Source: an uncultured Verrucomicrobiales bacterium
Lineage (GTDB): Bacteria; Verrucomicrobiota; Verrucomicrobiia; Limisphaerales; JAYPXF01
DNA: 60,022 bases
Reading direction: 5' to 3'
Assembly (NCBI GenBank): GCA_937893495.1
Contig: CALBIE010000023.1
Location: 1 to 60,022, forward strand
This document shows positions 8,612-17,102 of this stretch, piece after piece. Each line of letters begins with the position of its first letter. Position 1 is the first letter of the stretch. The translations under genes and the position numbers were made by a program. A model generated the notes under the pieces. It worked only from the letters and a program-made list of their open reading frames with translations. It had not been told where the DNA came from and made no database searches.

Positions 8612-9400
8612 ATGACTGAACACGACGTTTTCATCAGCCATTCGTCGAACGATACCGAAACGACGGACAAAGTCAGACAAACTCTGGAAGCCCGCGGTAT
8701 CACCTGCTGGATTGCGCCGCGCGACATCGAGGCAGGCGCGGACTGGGGCGAGGCCATTGTCAGCGGCATCGAACGAAGTCGATTGTTTCTTCTGATCTTT
8801 TCCGAGCGGGCGAATCAATCGCAACACGTGATGAGGGAGGTCGAGCGAGCGGTGAATCGGGGACTCTACATCATCCCCTTTCGGATCGATGCGGTCGTGC
8901 CATCGAGGTCAATGGAGGATTTTGTTGTGAAGAATGAAGTAATCTTGATCACAAGGAAATCCACCAAGGAGGCACTGGGAACAGACTTCATTCCTTCCCC
9001 CGAAGACAAAATCATTGGAAAGCGGCCGGTGGCGTTGATGGAGACACTGGATCACATTGTTTCCGTGGATTACGAGAATGCCCAGTTTCCCGCTGTCCTC
9101 GCCGACCTCCGTTCGAGTTACAATCTGATCAGTTCGATTGACAAGAATTCCGGAGTCGCCCTGGAAAAACCGGAAGACCTGTTGGTTACCTTGAGGGTGA
9201 ACGAGTTGCCACTCCGGTCAGTCCTGCGTCTGCTCTGCGATCAGGTCGAAGCCCGGTATGAGATTAGAAACGGCGAGGTCTTTGTTTTCGACGCACGGCA
9301 CCTGGAATCGACCGCTTTACGAAGGATGAAACTGAAGGAGGCCGCATATTCGAAACAGATGAAATTATTGGAAGAATTGACAAAAAAGAGGAAGAAATAG
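8612..9400 (+). CDS. TIR-domain protein, truncated paralog of the preceding gene (no TM, one STN-like repeat)
   Basis: MTEHDVFISHSSND...GITCWIAPRDIEAGADWGEAI...HVMREVERAVNRGLYIIPFRID is collinear with the upstream protein. After SRSMEDF it jumps straight to VVKNEVILITRK, matching VVRDEVLLITTK of the paralog. Confidence 0.85.
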   Translation: MTEHDVFISHSSNDTETTDKVRQTLEARGITCWIAPRDIEAGADWGEAIVSGIERSRLFLLIFSERANQSQHVMREVERAVNRGLYIIPFRIDAVVPSRSMEDFVVKNEVILITRKSTKEALGTDFIPSPEDKIIGKRPVALMETLDHIVSVDYENAQFPAVLADLRSSYNLISSIDKNSGVALEKPEDLLVTLRVNELPLRSVLRLLCDQVEARYEIRNGEVFVFDARHLESTALRRMKLKEAAYSKQMKLLEELTKKRKK

Positions 9401-9420
9401 ACCTGATCGAGATTACTGAA

Positions 9421-10062
9421 ATGCGCCGCGCTCTCCCAATCTTGGTCATGACCCTTGTCACCACATTCGGTTGGTGGTGGTGTCGGGTACCCGGTTCGGG
9501 GGACTGGGTAAATTTTCCGCCGGCCGCTGATGGGCCGTGGATAGCGTATGGCGACAGCCTGACGGCGGGGTTTGGGGCCGATAAAGGAAATGACTACCCG
9601 ACTCTGCTCGGCAAAAAACTAGGCATCCAGATTCGCAATTTCGGTGTTTCCGGCAACACGACCCATGACGGTTTGGCGCGCATTGACCAGGCGCTGGCGG
9701 TGAAACCAAAGGTCGTTCTGCTTTGCCTCGGAGGGAACGACAGCCTGCGTAATCTGCCGAAGGATCAGACGTTCGCGAACTTATCACAAATGATCGATCG
9801 TTTTCATGGGGTCGGTTCGTTCGTCGTGTTGGTGGGGGTGCGCAGCGCGAGTTTGCGCGATAAGAATGCCGACCGTTTCGAGGCCCTGGCCCGGGAGAAG
9901 AAGGTCATGTTGATTCCGAACATCCTCGAAGGCGTGCTGTTCAATTCCAGCCTGATGTCTGATACCATTCATCCAAACAGTCAGGGTTACGAAAAGGTTG
10001 CTGAAAGATTGTTTGTGCTCCTCGCACCGTTGCTGGCGCAACTGAACGCGGCGCGGGAGTAG
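9421..10062 (+). CDS. SGNH/GDSL hydrolase (arylesterase/lysophospholipase L1-like), secreted
   Basis: Block I is AYGDSLTAG, block II is GVSGNT, block III is LGGND, and block V is DTIHPN. An N-terminal hydrophobic signal is present. Confidence 0.85.
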   Translation: MRRALPILVMTLVTTFGWWWCRVPGSGDWVNFPPAADGPWIAYGDSLTAGFGADKGNDYPTLLGKKLGIQIRNFGVSGNTTHDGLARIDQALAVKPKVVLLCLGGNDSLRNLPKDQTFANLSQMIDRFHGVGSFVVLVGVRSASLRDKNADRFEALAREKKVMLIPNILEGVLFNSSLMSDTIHPNSQGYEKVAERLFVLLAPLLAQLNAARE

Positions 10063-10072
10063 GAGGATTGGT

Positions 10073-10522
10073 TTATGCCTTGCCGCCAAAGGTGACGAAG
10101 TCGTCGAGGTCCAGCAGGTCAAACCATGTCTCAATATCTTCGCGGTGCGCGGCGGCTTCCTTGTGCAATCCGTTGAAAAAATCGCGTGAGTCCGGATCCG
10201 AAGGTACGCGCGCACTCTGATAATTGGACCAATCGCGAATTTCGAGAATCGTTGGTTTGGTCGTCGAGTTTGTGGAAATCCACGCTAACAACTCGGCGTC
10301 GCTCCGGCCGCTGGCTGCTTCGGCTTTCAGATCGTCCTGATTGATGCCGACAAATTCAAAGTAGCGCTGGTCCAGTGGGCAGGCATAATGATACTCGCCG
10401 TTCTTTCCCGCGAGTTCAGCGCGGCATTTGTCCAGCAGGCGCGGAAGCATTACGTAGCCCCCAAGTCGGACACGGGCGCTACGGGGCGGGTTCTCGGTAA
10501 GGTCAGGAGCGGAGTAATTCAT
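10073..10522 (-). CDS. DUF5069 domain-containing protein
   Basis: PRSARVRLGGYVMLPRLLDKCRAELAGKNGEYHYACPLDQRYFEF is characteristic of DUF5069. ATG at 10522. The upstream gene's stop codon starts at 10529, 6 nt from this start. Confidence 0.7.
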   Translation of the reverse strand: MNYSAPDLTENPPRSARVRLGGYVMLPRLLDKCRAELAGKNGEYHYACPLDQRYFEFVGINQDDLKAEAASGRSDAELLAWISTNSTTKPTILEIRDWSNYQSARVPSDPDSRDFFNGLHKEAAAHREDIETWFDLLDLDDFVTFGGKA

Positions 10523-10528
10523 TGCCAA

Positions 10529-12259
10529 TCAGATCAAGGTGAACGCCGCGTCGAGATAAGCCTGCATATACGTCGGCACTCGCGCCTTCTTACTCTTGCT
10601 CTTCGGTTTCTGAACCGGTTTCGGCATCGGACGTTTCGCGGTCTCGACAATTCCATTGGAAAACTCGAGGACATGGCCCTGATGAATCAGCCAGTGCAGA
10701 TCCGCATTGACTGCCCTTTGCACCGGGGTCATCTCCGGTTCGCTGCGGGCTGGAGGTGCCGGACTTGCGGCGGCGGGTTCAGCATTCGTATCAGTTTCTG
10801 ATGCAGACTGCGCTTCGCCGGTCTTTTCCGTTGGTTCGGTGGGCTCAGCCGTGGCTTCCGGCGCAGGAACTGGCGCGGTAAGTTCTATCTTCGGGGCCGG
10901 CGCGAACTGGTCAAATATCTGTCGGCGGGTGCAGCGCTTCGTTGCGTCAATAAACTCGATGATGCTGCGAATGCTGTCCGACACCGGCGTGGCTTCCATG
11001 TCGAGAAAGTGCGGACGCGATACGGAAACGTGCGTTACACTTTTGTCTTTCTTGAAAAACTGAAGACCATGTTTCGCAAATTCATCGCACAGCGCGGTCA
11101 CTATCTTAATCGGAAAGCGGCGTTGATCCTCGAAGGCTCGTTGAAACAAGCGGCGCAGCGTCGGGTCTGGAACTGCCTGGGCGTCTTTTCCGGAGATGTT
11201 TCGCGAATCCACGCTGACGACGATATTGGGCATGTGGACGTCGCGAAAGTGCTTCTCGACCTCATCACGACTGCCAAGCTTCAACGTCTCCGGGACGTTC
11301 AGCACGGTGTATTCGATCTTGAAACTCTGATTCTCGATCCATTTCTGCACCACCTCCTCGTCACGTACGATCTTGACGCGTGATTTGTAAACATCGAACG
11401 GCATGTTCTTGAATCGCTCACTGTGCAACAGGACGAGGTTTTTCTGGTAATCGTGATAGTTGGGTGGCCCGAGTATCGTGCCGCTCATACCGCACTGGGC
11501 AACAAAGGTGTAGGTGCCCTTGGGCGGATCGACAGGCGTCTTGTCAGTCTGGTAAAACGCGGCGAAATGTTTGCGTAACAGGTGCCGCCTCGCATCTTCC
11601 TGCGACAGCCAGAGGGTGTCGTCGAATTCGCACAGGAATAATGGCTGTTGAACCTTGTCTTGTCTCCTCACCACGCTAAAGCGAGCACGAAATCGGTCGC
11701 CCGACTTGAGCACTAAATGCGCAATGTCAAAAACCGGATAGGAACGGCCGGTCAATTTGATTTGCCTCGAAATGGCCGCAATGCCGTCGGAATCCGGAAG
11801 GATGGCGGTGTCCACGTCCGGCAATGGCGCCGGTTCGTCCCGCCGATCACGTGGACCATCAAAGCGATCACGCGGCCCACGATCGCGACCCGGCCCGCGC
11901 CCGTCTCTGTTAAAGGGCCGGTTCCCCTGGCGGTTATCGCCGCGTTGCCCCGGACCCGAATCCCGCCGCGCTCCTGGTCCCGGTCTCGGGCCATCGCGAC
12001 GCGGGCCATCGCGACGTGGTCCGCCCCGATCACCTCGCGGGCGCGATTCCTCGTCACCCCGATACTTATCGAATTTTTTTTCATCCGGCGACTGCTTCGC
12101 CCAGGCGGGCAGAAGTTCCAGTTCCAGATCCAGTTCCACTTTATTCAACGTACTCATCAACTCGGTCTCCGGGCTGCAATTCCGGCTTACCTCAAAAGAG
12201 TTGCGAGAATGGAACCTCGCCGAAGGGAATGCAAGTGCGCCTTTGGCCCTGATCGACAT
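10529..12259 (-). CDS. Hypothetical protein with Arg/Gly/Asp/Pro-rich low-complexity N-terminal region
   Basis: Long ORF with coding-like composition. It contains RPRGDRGGPRRDGPRRDGPRPGPGARRD...GRGPGRDRGPRDRFDGPRDRRD. An alternative ATG at 12157 gives MSTLNKVELD. I recognise no family. Confidence 0.6.
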   Translation of the reverse strand: MSIRAKGALAFPSARFHSRNSFEVSRNCSPETELMSTLNKVELDLELELLPAWAKQSPDEKKFDKYRGDEESRPRGDRGGPRRDGPRRDGPRPGPGARRDSGPGQRGDNRQGNRPFNRDGRGPGRDRGPRDRFDGPRDRRDEPAPLPDVDTAILPDSDGIAAISRQIKLTGRSYPVFDIAHLVLKSGDRFRARFSVVRRQDKVQQPLFLCEFDDTLWLSQEDARRHLLRKHFAAFYQTDKTPVDPPKGTYTFVAQCGMSGTILGPPNYHDYQKNLVLLHSERFKNMPFDVYKSRVKIVRDEEVVQKWIENQSFKIEYTVLNVPETLKLGSRDEVEKHFRDVHMPNIVVSVDSRNISGKDAQAVPDPTLRRLFQRAFEDQRRFPIKIVTALCDEFAKHGLQFFKKDKSVTHVSVSRPHFLDMEATPVSDSIRSIIEFIDATKRCTRRQIFDQFAPAPKIELTAPVPAPEATAEPTEPTEKTGEAQSASETDTNAEPAAASPAPPARSEPEMTPVQRAVNADLHWLIHQGHVLEFSNGIVETAKRPMPKPVQKPKSKSKKARVPTYMQAYLDAAFTLI

Positions 12260-12407
12260 GCGAAACCAGCGACTTCAACTTTTGATCTCTTCAACAATCT
12301 GATTTCGAGTCGATCATATCCCGAGGACACCAGTAAGTTTTCGGTTTTGGTACTTGCCTTGGACCGCCGTGCTGTCTTGGATTTGGTCAGGCACTTTATC
12401 CGGGCGG

Positions 12408-13868
12408 ATGCAGGACTATCCAAAACATTATTGCGGAGTATTTGGCGTTTACGGTCACCCAAATGCAGCCGAGTTGACCTACTATGGTCTGTACGCGCTG
12501 CAACATCGCGGACAGGAGAGCGCCGGCATCGTCACGTGCGATGGAACGGAGTTCCGCGCCCACCGTGGCATGGGGCTCGTGCCGCAGGTGTTCAAGGGAG
12601 ATGTTATCCGTGATCTCGTCGGGCATATGGCGATTGGCCACACCCGCTATTCGACGACTGGCAGTTCGCACATGCGCAACGCCCAGCCGTTGACAGTTGA
12701 CTGTTCTCGCGGCCAGATTGCGATCGCCCACAACGGTAACCTGACCAACGCCGCCGCCCTGCGCGAGGAACTTGAGGCTCAAGGCTCCATTTTTCAAACT
12801 TCGGTTGACAGCGAAATCATCCTCCACCTGCTCGCTCAACCGTCGACGAGTGCCACCAGCAGTACCCTCGTGCAGGCGATGCACAAGATTGAGGGTGCCT
12901 ATTCGCTCGTCATCATGACCGAAAACGAACTCATCGGCGCGCGCGACCCGTACGGGTTCCGGCCGTTGTGCATCGGGAAACTGGGCGACGGCTGGGTTCT
13001 GGCCAGCGAAACGACCGCGTTGGACCTGATTCAGGCCAAGTTCGTGCGCGAAGTCGAGCCAGGTGAAATTGTCATTCTGGATCAGGACGGCATCAAGAGT
13101 GTTCAGACGCACAAGGGTTTTAAGGAGCGCGCCTTCTGTATTTTCGAGTACGTCTATTTTGCGCGGCCGGACAGCATCATCATGGACCGCAGCGTGTATC
13201 GAACGCGGGTGGAAATGGGCCGCGAACTGGCCCGGGAAAGTCCGATTGACGCTGACATCGTAGTGCCGGTGCCCGACAGCGGCAATTGCGCGGCCCTCGG
13301 GTTCTCGCTTGAATCAGGCATCCCGTATGAAATGGCCTACGTGCGGAACCATTATGTCGGGCGCAGTTTTCTCCAACCGTCCCAGTTGATTCGCGACTTC
13401 AACGTGCGCGTGAAGCTCAACCTCATTAACGAACTGGTTGAGGGTAAACGGGTTGTCATCGTGGACGACTCAATCGTCCGGGGCACCACCTGCAAAACGC
13501 GCGTCAACAACCTCAAGGAAGCCGGCGCGAAAGAAGTGCATGTGCGCGTCAGTTGTCCACCGCATCGAAACCCCTGCTTCTATGGAATTGACTTTCCGGA
13601 TCGCAGTAAGTTGATGGCGGTCAGTCACTCGATGGAAGAGATCCTGAAATATCTCGATGCCGATTCCCTGGCCTATCTCTCCCAGGATGGCATGGTAAAG
13701 GCGACCGGATTGCCCGCGAGCGCGTTCTGTATGGCGTGTTACGACGGGAATTATCCGGTCGGATACGATCCCGCCGTGCACAAACACATCATGGAGAAGC
13801 GCCGCGAGCGTGTCGAAAGCCTCGGGCAGACCCTCAAGAAGCACGACGAGCAACCCAGACTGCTCTGA
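12408..13868 (+). CDS. purF: Amidophosphoribosyltransferase
   Basis: CGVFGVYGH...YGLYALQHRGQESAGIV is the Ntn glutaminase N-terminus. The PRTase motif is VVIVDDSIVRGTT. ATG at 12408 places the Cys a few residues from the start. Confidence 0.95.
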   Translation: MQDYPKHYCGVFGVYGHPNAAELTYYGLYALQHRGQESAGIVTCDGTEFRAHRGMGLVPQVFKGDVIRDLVGHMAIGHTRYSTTGSSHMRNAQPLTVDCSRGQIAIAHNGNLTNAAALREELEAQGSIFQTSVDSEIILHLLAQPSTSATSSTLVQAMHKIEGAYSLVIMTENELIGARDPYGFRPLCIGKLGDGWVLASETTALDLIQAKFVREVEPGEIVILDQDGIKSVQTHKGFKERAFCIFEYVYFARPDSIIMDRSVYRTRVEMGRELARESPIDADIVVPVPDSGNCAALGFSLESGIPYEMAYVRNHYVGRSFLQPSQLIRDFNVRVKLNLINELVEGKRVVIVDDSIVRGTTCKTRVNNLKEAGAKEVHVRVSCPPHRNPCFYGIDFPDRSKLMAVSHSMEEILKYLDADSLAYLSQDGMVKATGLPASAFCMACYDGNYPVGYDPAVHKHIMEKRRERVESLGQTLKKHDEQPRLL

Positions 13869-13876
13869 CTTTGGTG

Positions 13877-14932
13877 ATGAAAAAATCTGCATACGCTCAA
13901 GCGGGCGTCGATCTCGTTCTCGGAAACCGGGTCAAGGAAACACTCCCCGCATTGCTGGCCTCAACCAAACGGGCCGAGGTGCTCGGCAAGGTTGGCGGAT
14001 TCGGCGGTTTGTTTGCCCTAAACACGCGCAAATTCAAACAGCCCGTGCTCGTGTCCAGCGTGGATGGCGTGGGCACAAAACTGAAAGTCGCGTTCGAATG
14101 CAATCGGCATGACACGATCGGGCAGGACCTGGTCAATCACTGTGTCAATGACATCGCGGTGTTGGGCGCCGAGCCGTTGTTCTTCCTCGATTACCTCGGC
14201 ACCGGCAAACTCAAGGCGAACGTGTTCGAGGAAATCGTCCGCGGTTTTGCCATCGGCTGCCGTGCCAATGGCTGTTCGCTTATCGGTGGCGAAACAGCCC
14301 AGATGCCCGGCTTTTACCAGAAAGGCGAATACGATGTCAGTGGAACCATCGTTGGCGTAGTGGACAAATCGCGGATGCTCAACGGGCAGAAGACGATCAA
14401 GCGCGGAGATGTTATCATCGGGATGGCGTCCAACGGCTTGCACACCAACGGCTACTCGCTCGCGCGCCGGATATTTTTCGACCAACTGAAGCTCAAGCCT
14501 CGCACGAAGCTCAAGGAATTGGGCTGCACTGTCGGGGAAGAATTGCTCAAGGTTCACGTCAGCTACTGGCCTGTGGTTCGTAGCCTGATTGGCAGATTCA
14601 ATCCACCCCGCAATCCGGGTGCATTGAAGGCGTTGGCGCACATCACGGGCGGCGGATTCATCGACAACATTCCCCGCGTGCTGCCGAAGAATTGTGACGC
14701 CGTGATTCATCGCGGCATGTGGGACATGCCATCCGTTTTCAACCTGATGCAGGCTGCCGGCAAGGTTGATGAAACGGAGATGTATCAGGTCTTCAATATG
14801 GGAATCGGAATGATCGCCGTGGTGTCGGCGGGAGAGGCGGCCGCCATGCTCCGCGGCATTCGCGCCCGCAGGATCAAGGCTTGGCAGATCGGCGAAATCG
14901 CCAGAGGAACCGGCAAGACGGTTCTCGACTGA
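13877..14932 (+). CDS. purM: Phosphoribosylformylglycinamidine cyclo-ligase (AIR synthetase)
   Basis: MKKSAYAQAGVDLVLGN...GGFGGLF...VSSVDGVGTKLKVA...GQDLVNHCVNDI is the canonical PurM pattern. ATG at 13877 lies just after the purF stop. Confidence 0.95.
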   Translation: MKKSAYAQAGVDLVLGNRVKETLPALLASTKRAEVLGKVGGFGGLFALNTRKFKQPVLVSSVDGVGTKLKVAFECNRHDTIGQDLVNHCVNDIAVLGAEPLFFLDYLGTGKLKANVFEEIVRGFAIGCRANGCSLIGGETAQMPGFYQKGEYDVSGTIVGVVDKSRMLNGQKTIKRGDVIIGMASNGLHTNGYSLARRIFFDQLKLKPRTKLKELGCTVGEELLKVHVSYWPVVRSLIGRFNPPRNPGALKALAHITGGGFIDNIPRVLPKNCDAVIHRGMWDMPSVFNLMQAAGKVDETEMYQVFNMGIGMIAVVSAGEAAAMLRGIRARRIKAWQIGEIARGTGKTVLD

Positions 14933-14935
14933 ACC

Positions 14936-16135
14936 CTATTTTTTCAACGGCACCTGTCGCGTGCTTTGCAGATACGCGAGAAGTGCCCTGACTTCCGCGA
15001 GCTTCAGCGGTTGCAGCAACCCCTCGGGCATCATCGAGAGCTGGCCCTGCTTCATGTACTCGATGTCCTTGCGACCGATCGTCAAGGTTTCCGTGGCGGT
15101 GACCACCGTGACCGAGTGCGGGTCCTCACGTGTCACGATGCCCGTGATACTGCGCTCGTCCTTCGTGTCGATGTTGGTGGTGCGATACTCGTTTGGAATC
15201 TCCGCGTTCGGGTCGAGAATATTGTGCAGGAGATAATCGAGATCGCCCCGATTGGCGCCGGTGATGTCCGGACCCACTTTTCCGCCAACCCCGAACAACG
15301 TGTGGCATTGACCGCAGATCAGATTAAATATCTCACGCCCGCGCACTGAATCCGGTTTCGATGCCGGCTTGCCCAGCAACTGTACTTTCAATAGTGCGAT
15401 TTCACGTTTCTTTTCCTCCGGACTTTCACGAATGACTCCCCATAACTTGACGACGGCTGCCGTGATATCCGGTTGATTGAAACCCCGTAGTTGACGCACC
15501 ACGTCCGCCGTCAAGTCTCGCGATTGAATGCGGCCCTTCGCTATCTCGGTGAGCAATGCGCGGGCATTCGATGGACGGGAAACCAGCACGTTGAGCACGG
15601 CCCTCTTCTCTTGTGCGGTCTTAAGGGTGGGATAGAATTTGATCAGCTCCGGCGCGATTCGTTCATCAGCATATCCCGCCAGGGCGCGCAGCGAATCGTT
15701 TCGCAGGGCGGCGACCTGCAACAGTGGCAACGCGAGATTCACCAGTTCCGCATCCTTCCCGGCAGTCAGTGAATTCAACGCCTTGCGGCGTTCGTTGATC
15801 GGGCTGTTCGCATCGGACAGCACGGCGCGTAATCCCGCCATTGCGGATTGGCTGCCGAATTTGACTGCGAGTGACTTCGTGAGCTCCCGCACTTCCGCGC
15901 TTGGACTTTTCAGCAGGCGCAGTTCGACCTTCTGCCAGCCTTTGGGCATGACCATCCGGGAGGAACCGGCATATCCGTCACGCATTCCGCGCAGGAGATC
16001 GAGATCCAGTTGCGCGTCCGTATTACTCAGCAGAACTTCAACCAGCGCATCCAGCGCCTCATCGGCCCGTGCGGATGGCGCGACAAGGTGTCCGATCAAC
16101 ACCAGCAGAACAGTCAGGAATCGTTTCATCTTCAT
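14936..16135 (-). CDS. Secreted HEAT-repeat protein with C-terminal PVC-type heme-binding (CxxCH) domain
   Basis: The signal peptide is MKMKRFLTVLLVLIG. The heme motif is CGQCH, followed by ILDPNAEI...SMMPEGLL. It is paralogous to the C-terminal part of the 1200-aa protein at 39567. Confidence 0.8.
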   Translation of the reverse strand: MKMKRFLTVLLVLIGHLVAPSARADEALDALVEVLLSNTDAQLDLDLLRGMRDGYAGSSRMVMPKGWQKVELRLLKSPSAEVRELTKSLAVKFGSQSAMAGLRAVLSDANSPINERRKALNSLTAGKDAELVNLALPLLQVAALRNDSLRALAGYADERIAPELIKFYPTLKTAQEKRAVLNVLVSRPSNARALLTEIAKGRIQSRDLTADVVRQLRGFNQPDITAAVVKLWGVIRESPEEKKREIALLKVQLLGKPASKPDSVRGREIFNLICGQCHTLFGVGGKVGPDITGANRGDLDYLLHNILDPNAEIPNEYRTTNIDTKDERSITGIVTREDPHSVTVVTATETLTIGRKDIEYMKQGQLSMMPEGLLQPLKLAEVRALLAYLQSTRQVPLKK

Positions 16136-16263
16136 CTGCGACTTGAAATTGTTGCGGGCATTCAATCATTTCCGAAACCCGATGACTCGGGAAAAATGCG
16201 GGAAGAACACACGGGTCGAGCGGTGTCCACAATATCCGACAGTTGAAAAAACCATTCGCCAGT

Positions 16264-16338
16264 GTAGCCGCCGAGGTAAGGAGGCGGATTCCCATGGATT
16301 CTGTCACCGTGAGTCCGCCTCCTTACCTTGGCGGCTAC
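16264..16338. repeat. 25-bp-stem hairpin (REP-like; possible terminator or processing site)
   Basis: gtagccgccgaggtaaggaggcgga (16264-16288) pairs with tccgcctccttaccttggcggctac (16314-16338). The stem has one G-U pair and the loop is 25 nt. Confidence 0.75.
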
Positions 16339-16541
16339 GAGTTGGTGAACGCCCGTTGGCTTGATTGGTCGGCACTGTCAAACGAGTGCACCGCAGGCCG
16401 GGTGCCCTCAACCGGTGAAGCCGGACATCGCAACCTTCATCCGGTGTTTCTTGCTGACCAACAGTGTTTTAGCGCCCGGGATTCCGTGAGTCGCAAGAAT
16501 GCGCCGGGTGAGGGCACCCAGCCTGCGATAGACGCTTCGCT

Positions 16542-17057
16542 TTATTTTTGGTCGGCCCTTAAGGCAGCAGCATACAGCTCCAAAAAGCCCACCTGCTGAG
16601 TCGTTTCTACGGCCGATTTTTCTACCGCCCTGATTCTCTGAACTGCACTGACTGCACTCTCACCTTCGGAAATCAAGTAAACGGCGATGAGCGTCCCCGT
16701 CCTGCCGATGCCTGCTTCACAATGCACGGCGACTGGTCTGTTATTTGAGCGCTGCTCGCGAACGAAGCGCACGAATATTGACGCCTGATCAATTGTTGGT
16801 GCGCAGCCGTCTGGCACCGGCAAATCAAGAAAAGAAAACCCGGCGGATTCGTAAACGAATGAGTCTACGGAAATGCCTAAAAGTGACACAACCGCTCTGA
16901 TCCCCGCACGATGCAAAAGTGTTAAATCGTCATCATACTTCGTTAGATTGCCTCCGCGGTTCATTCGCCTGTCAGGGTGAAGAAATGGCATTGGCATACC
17001 AGCCAATACCCCGGGTATTACCCACCACAACAAACTGCTCTCTTGAGTATCGTTCAT
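16542..17057 (-). CDS. Dual-specificity / protein-tyrosine phosphatase
   Basis: The active-site loop VAVHCEAGIGRTG matches HCxxGxxR(S/T). The 171-aa size fits the family. Confidence 0.85.
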   Translation of the reverse strand: MNDTQESSLLWWVIPGVLAGMPMPFLHPDRRMNRGGNLTKYDDDLTLLHRAGIRAVVSLLGISVDSFVYESAGFSFLDLPVPDGCAPTIDQASIFVRFVREQRSNNRPVAVHCEAGIGRTGTLIAVYLISEGESAVSAVQRIRAVEKSAVETTQQVGFLELYAAALRADQK

Positions 17058-17102
17058 ATCGCCGCATTACTCACGGCTCCGTACTAACGGGTCGGCGTGA
17101 GG

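Noticed and set aside
16243-16599. 118-aa ORF in the phosphatase / cytochrome c intergenic region
   Set aside because: It reads through a 25-bp perfect-stem hairpin and a second long inverted repeat, and shows no recognisable domain. It is most likely translated REP sequence rather than a gene.
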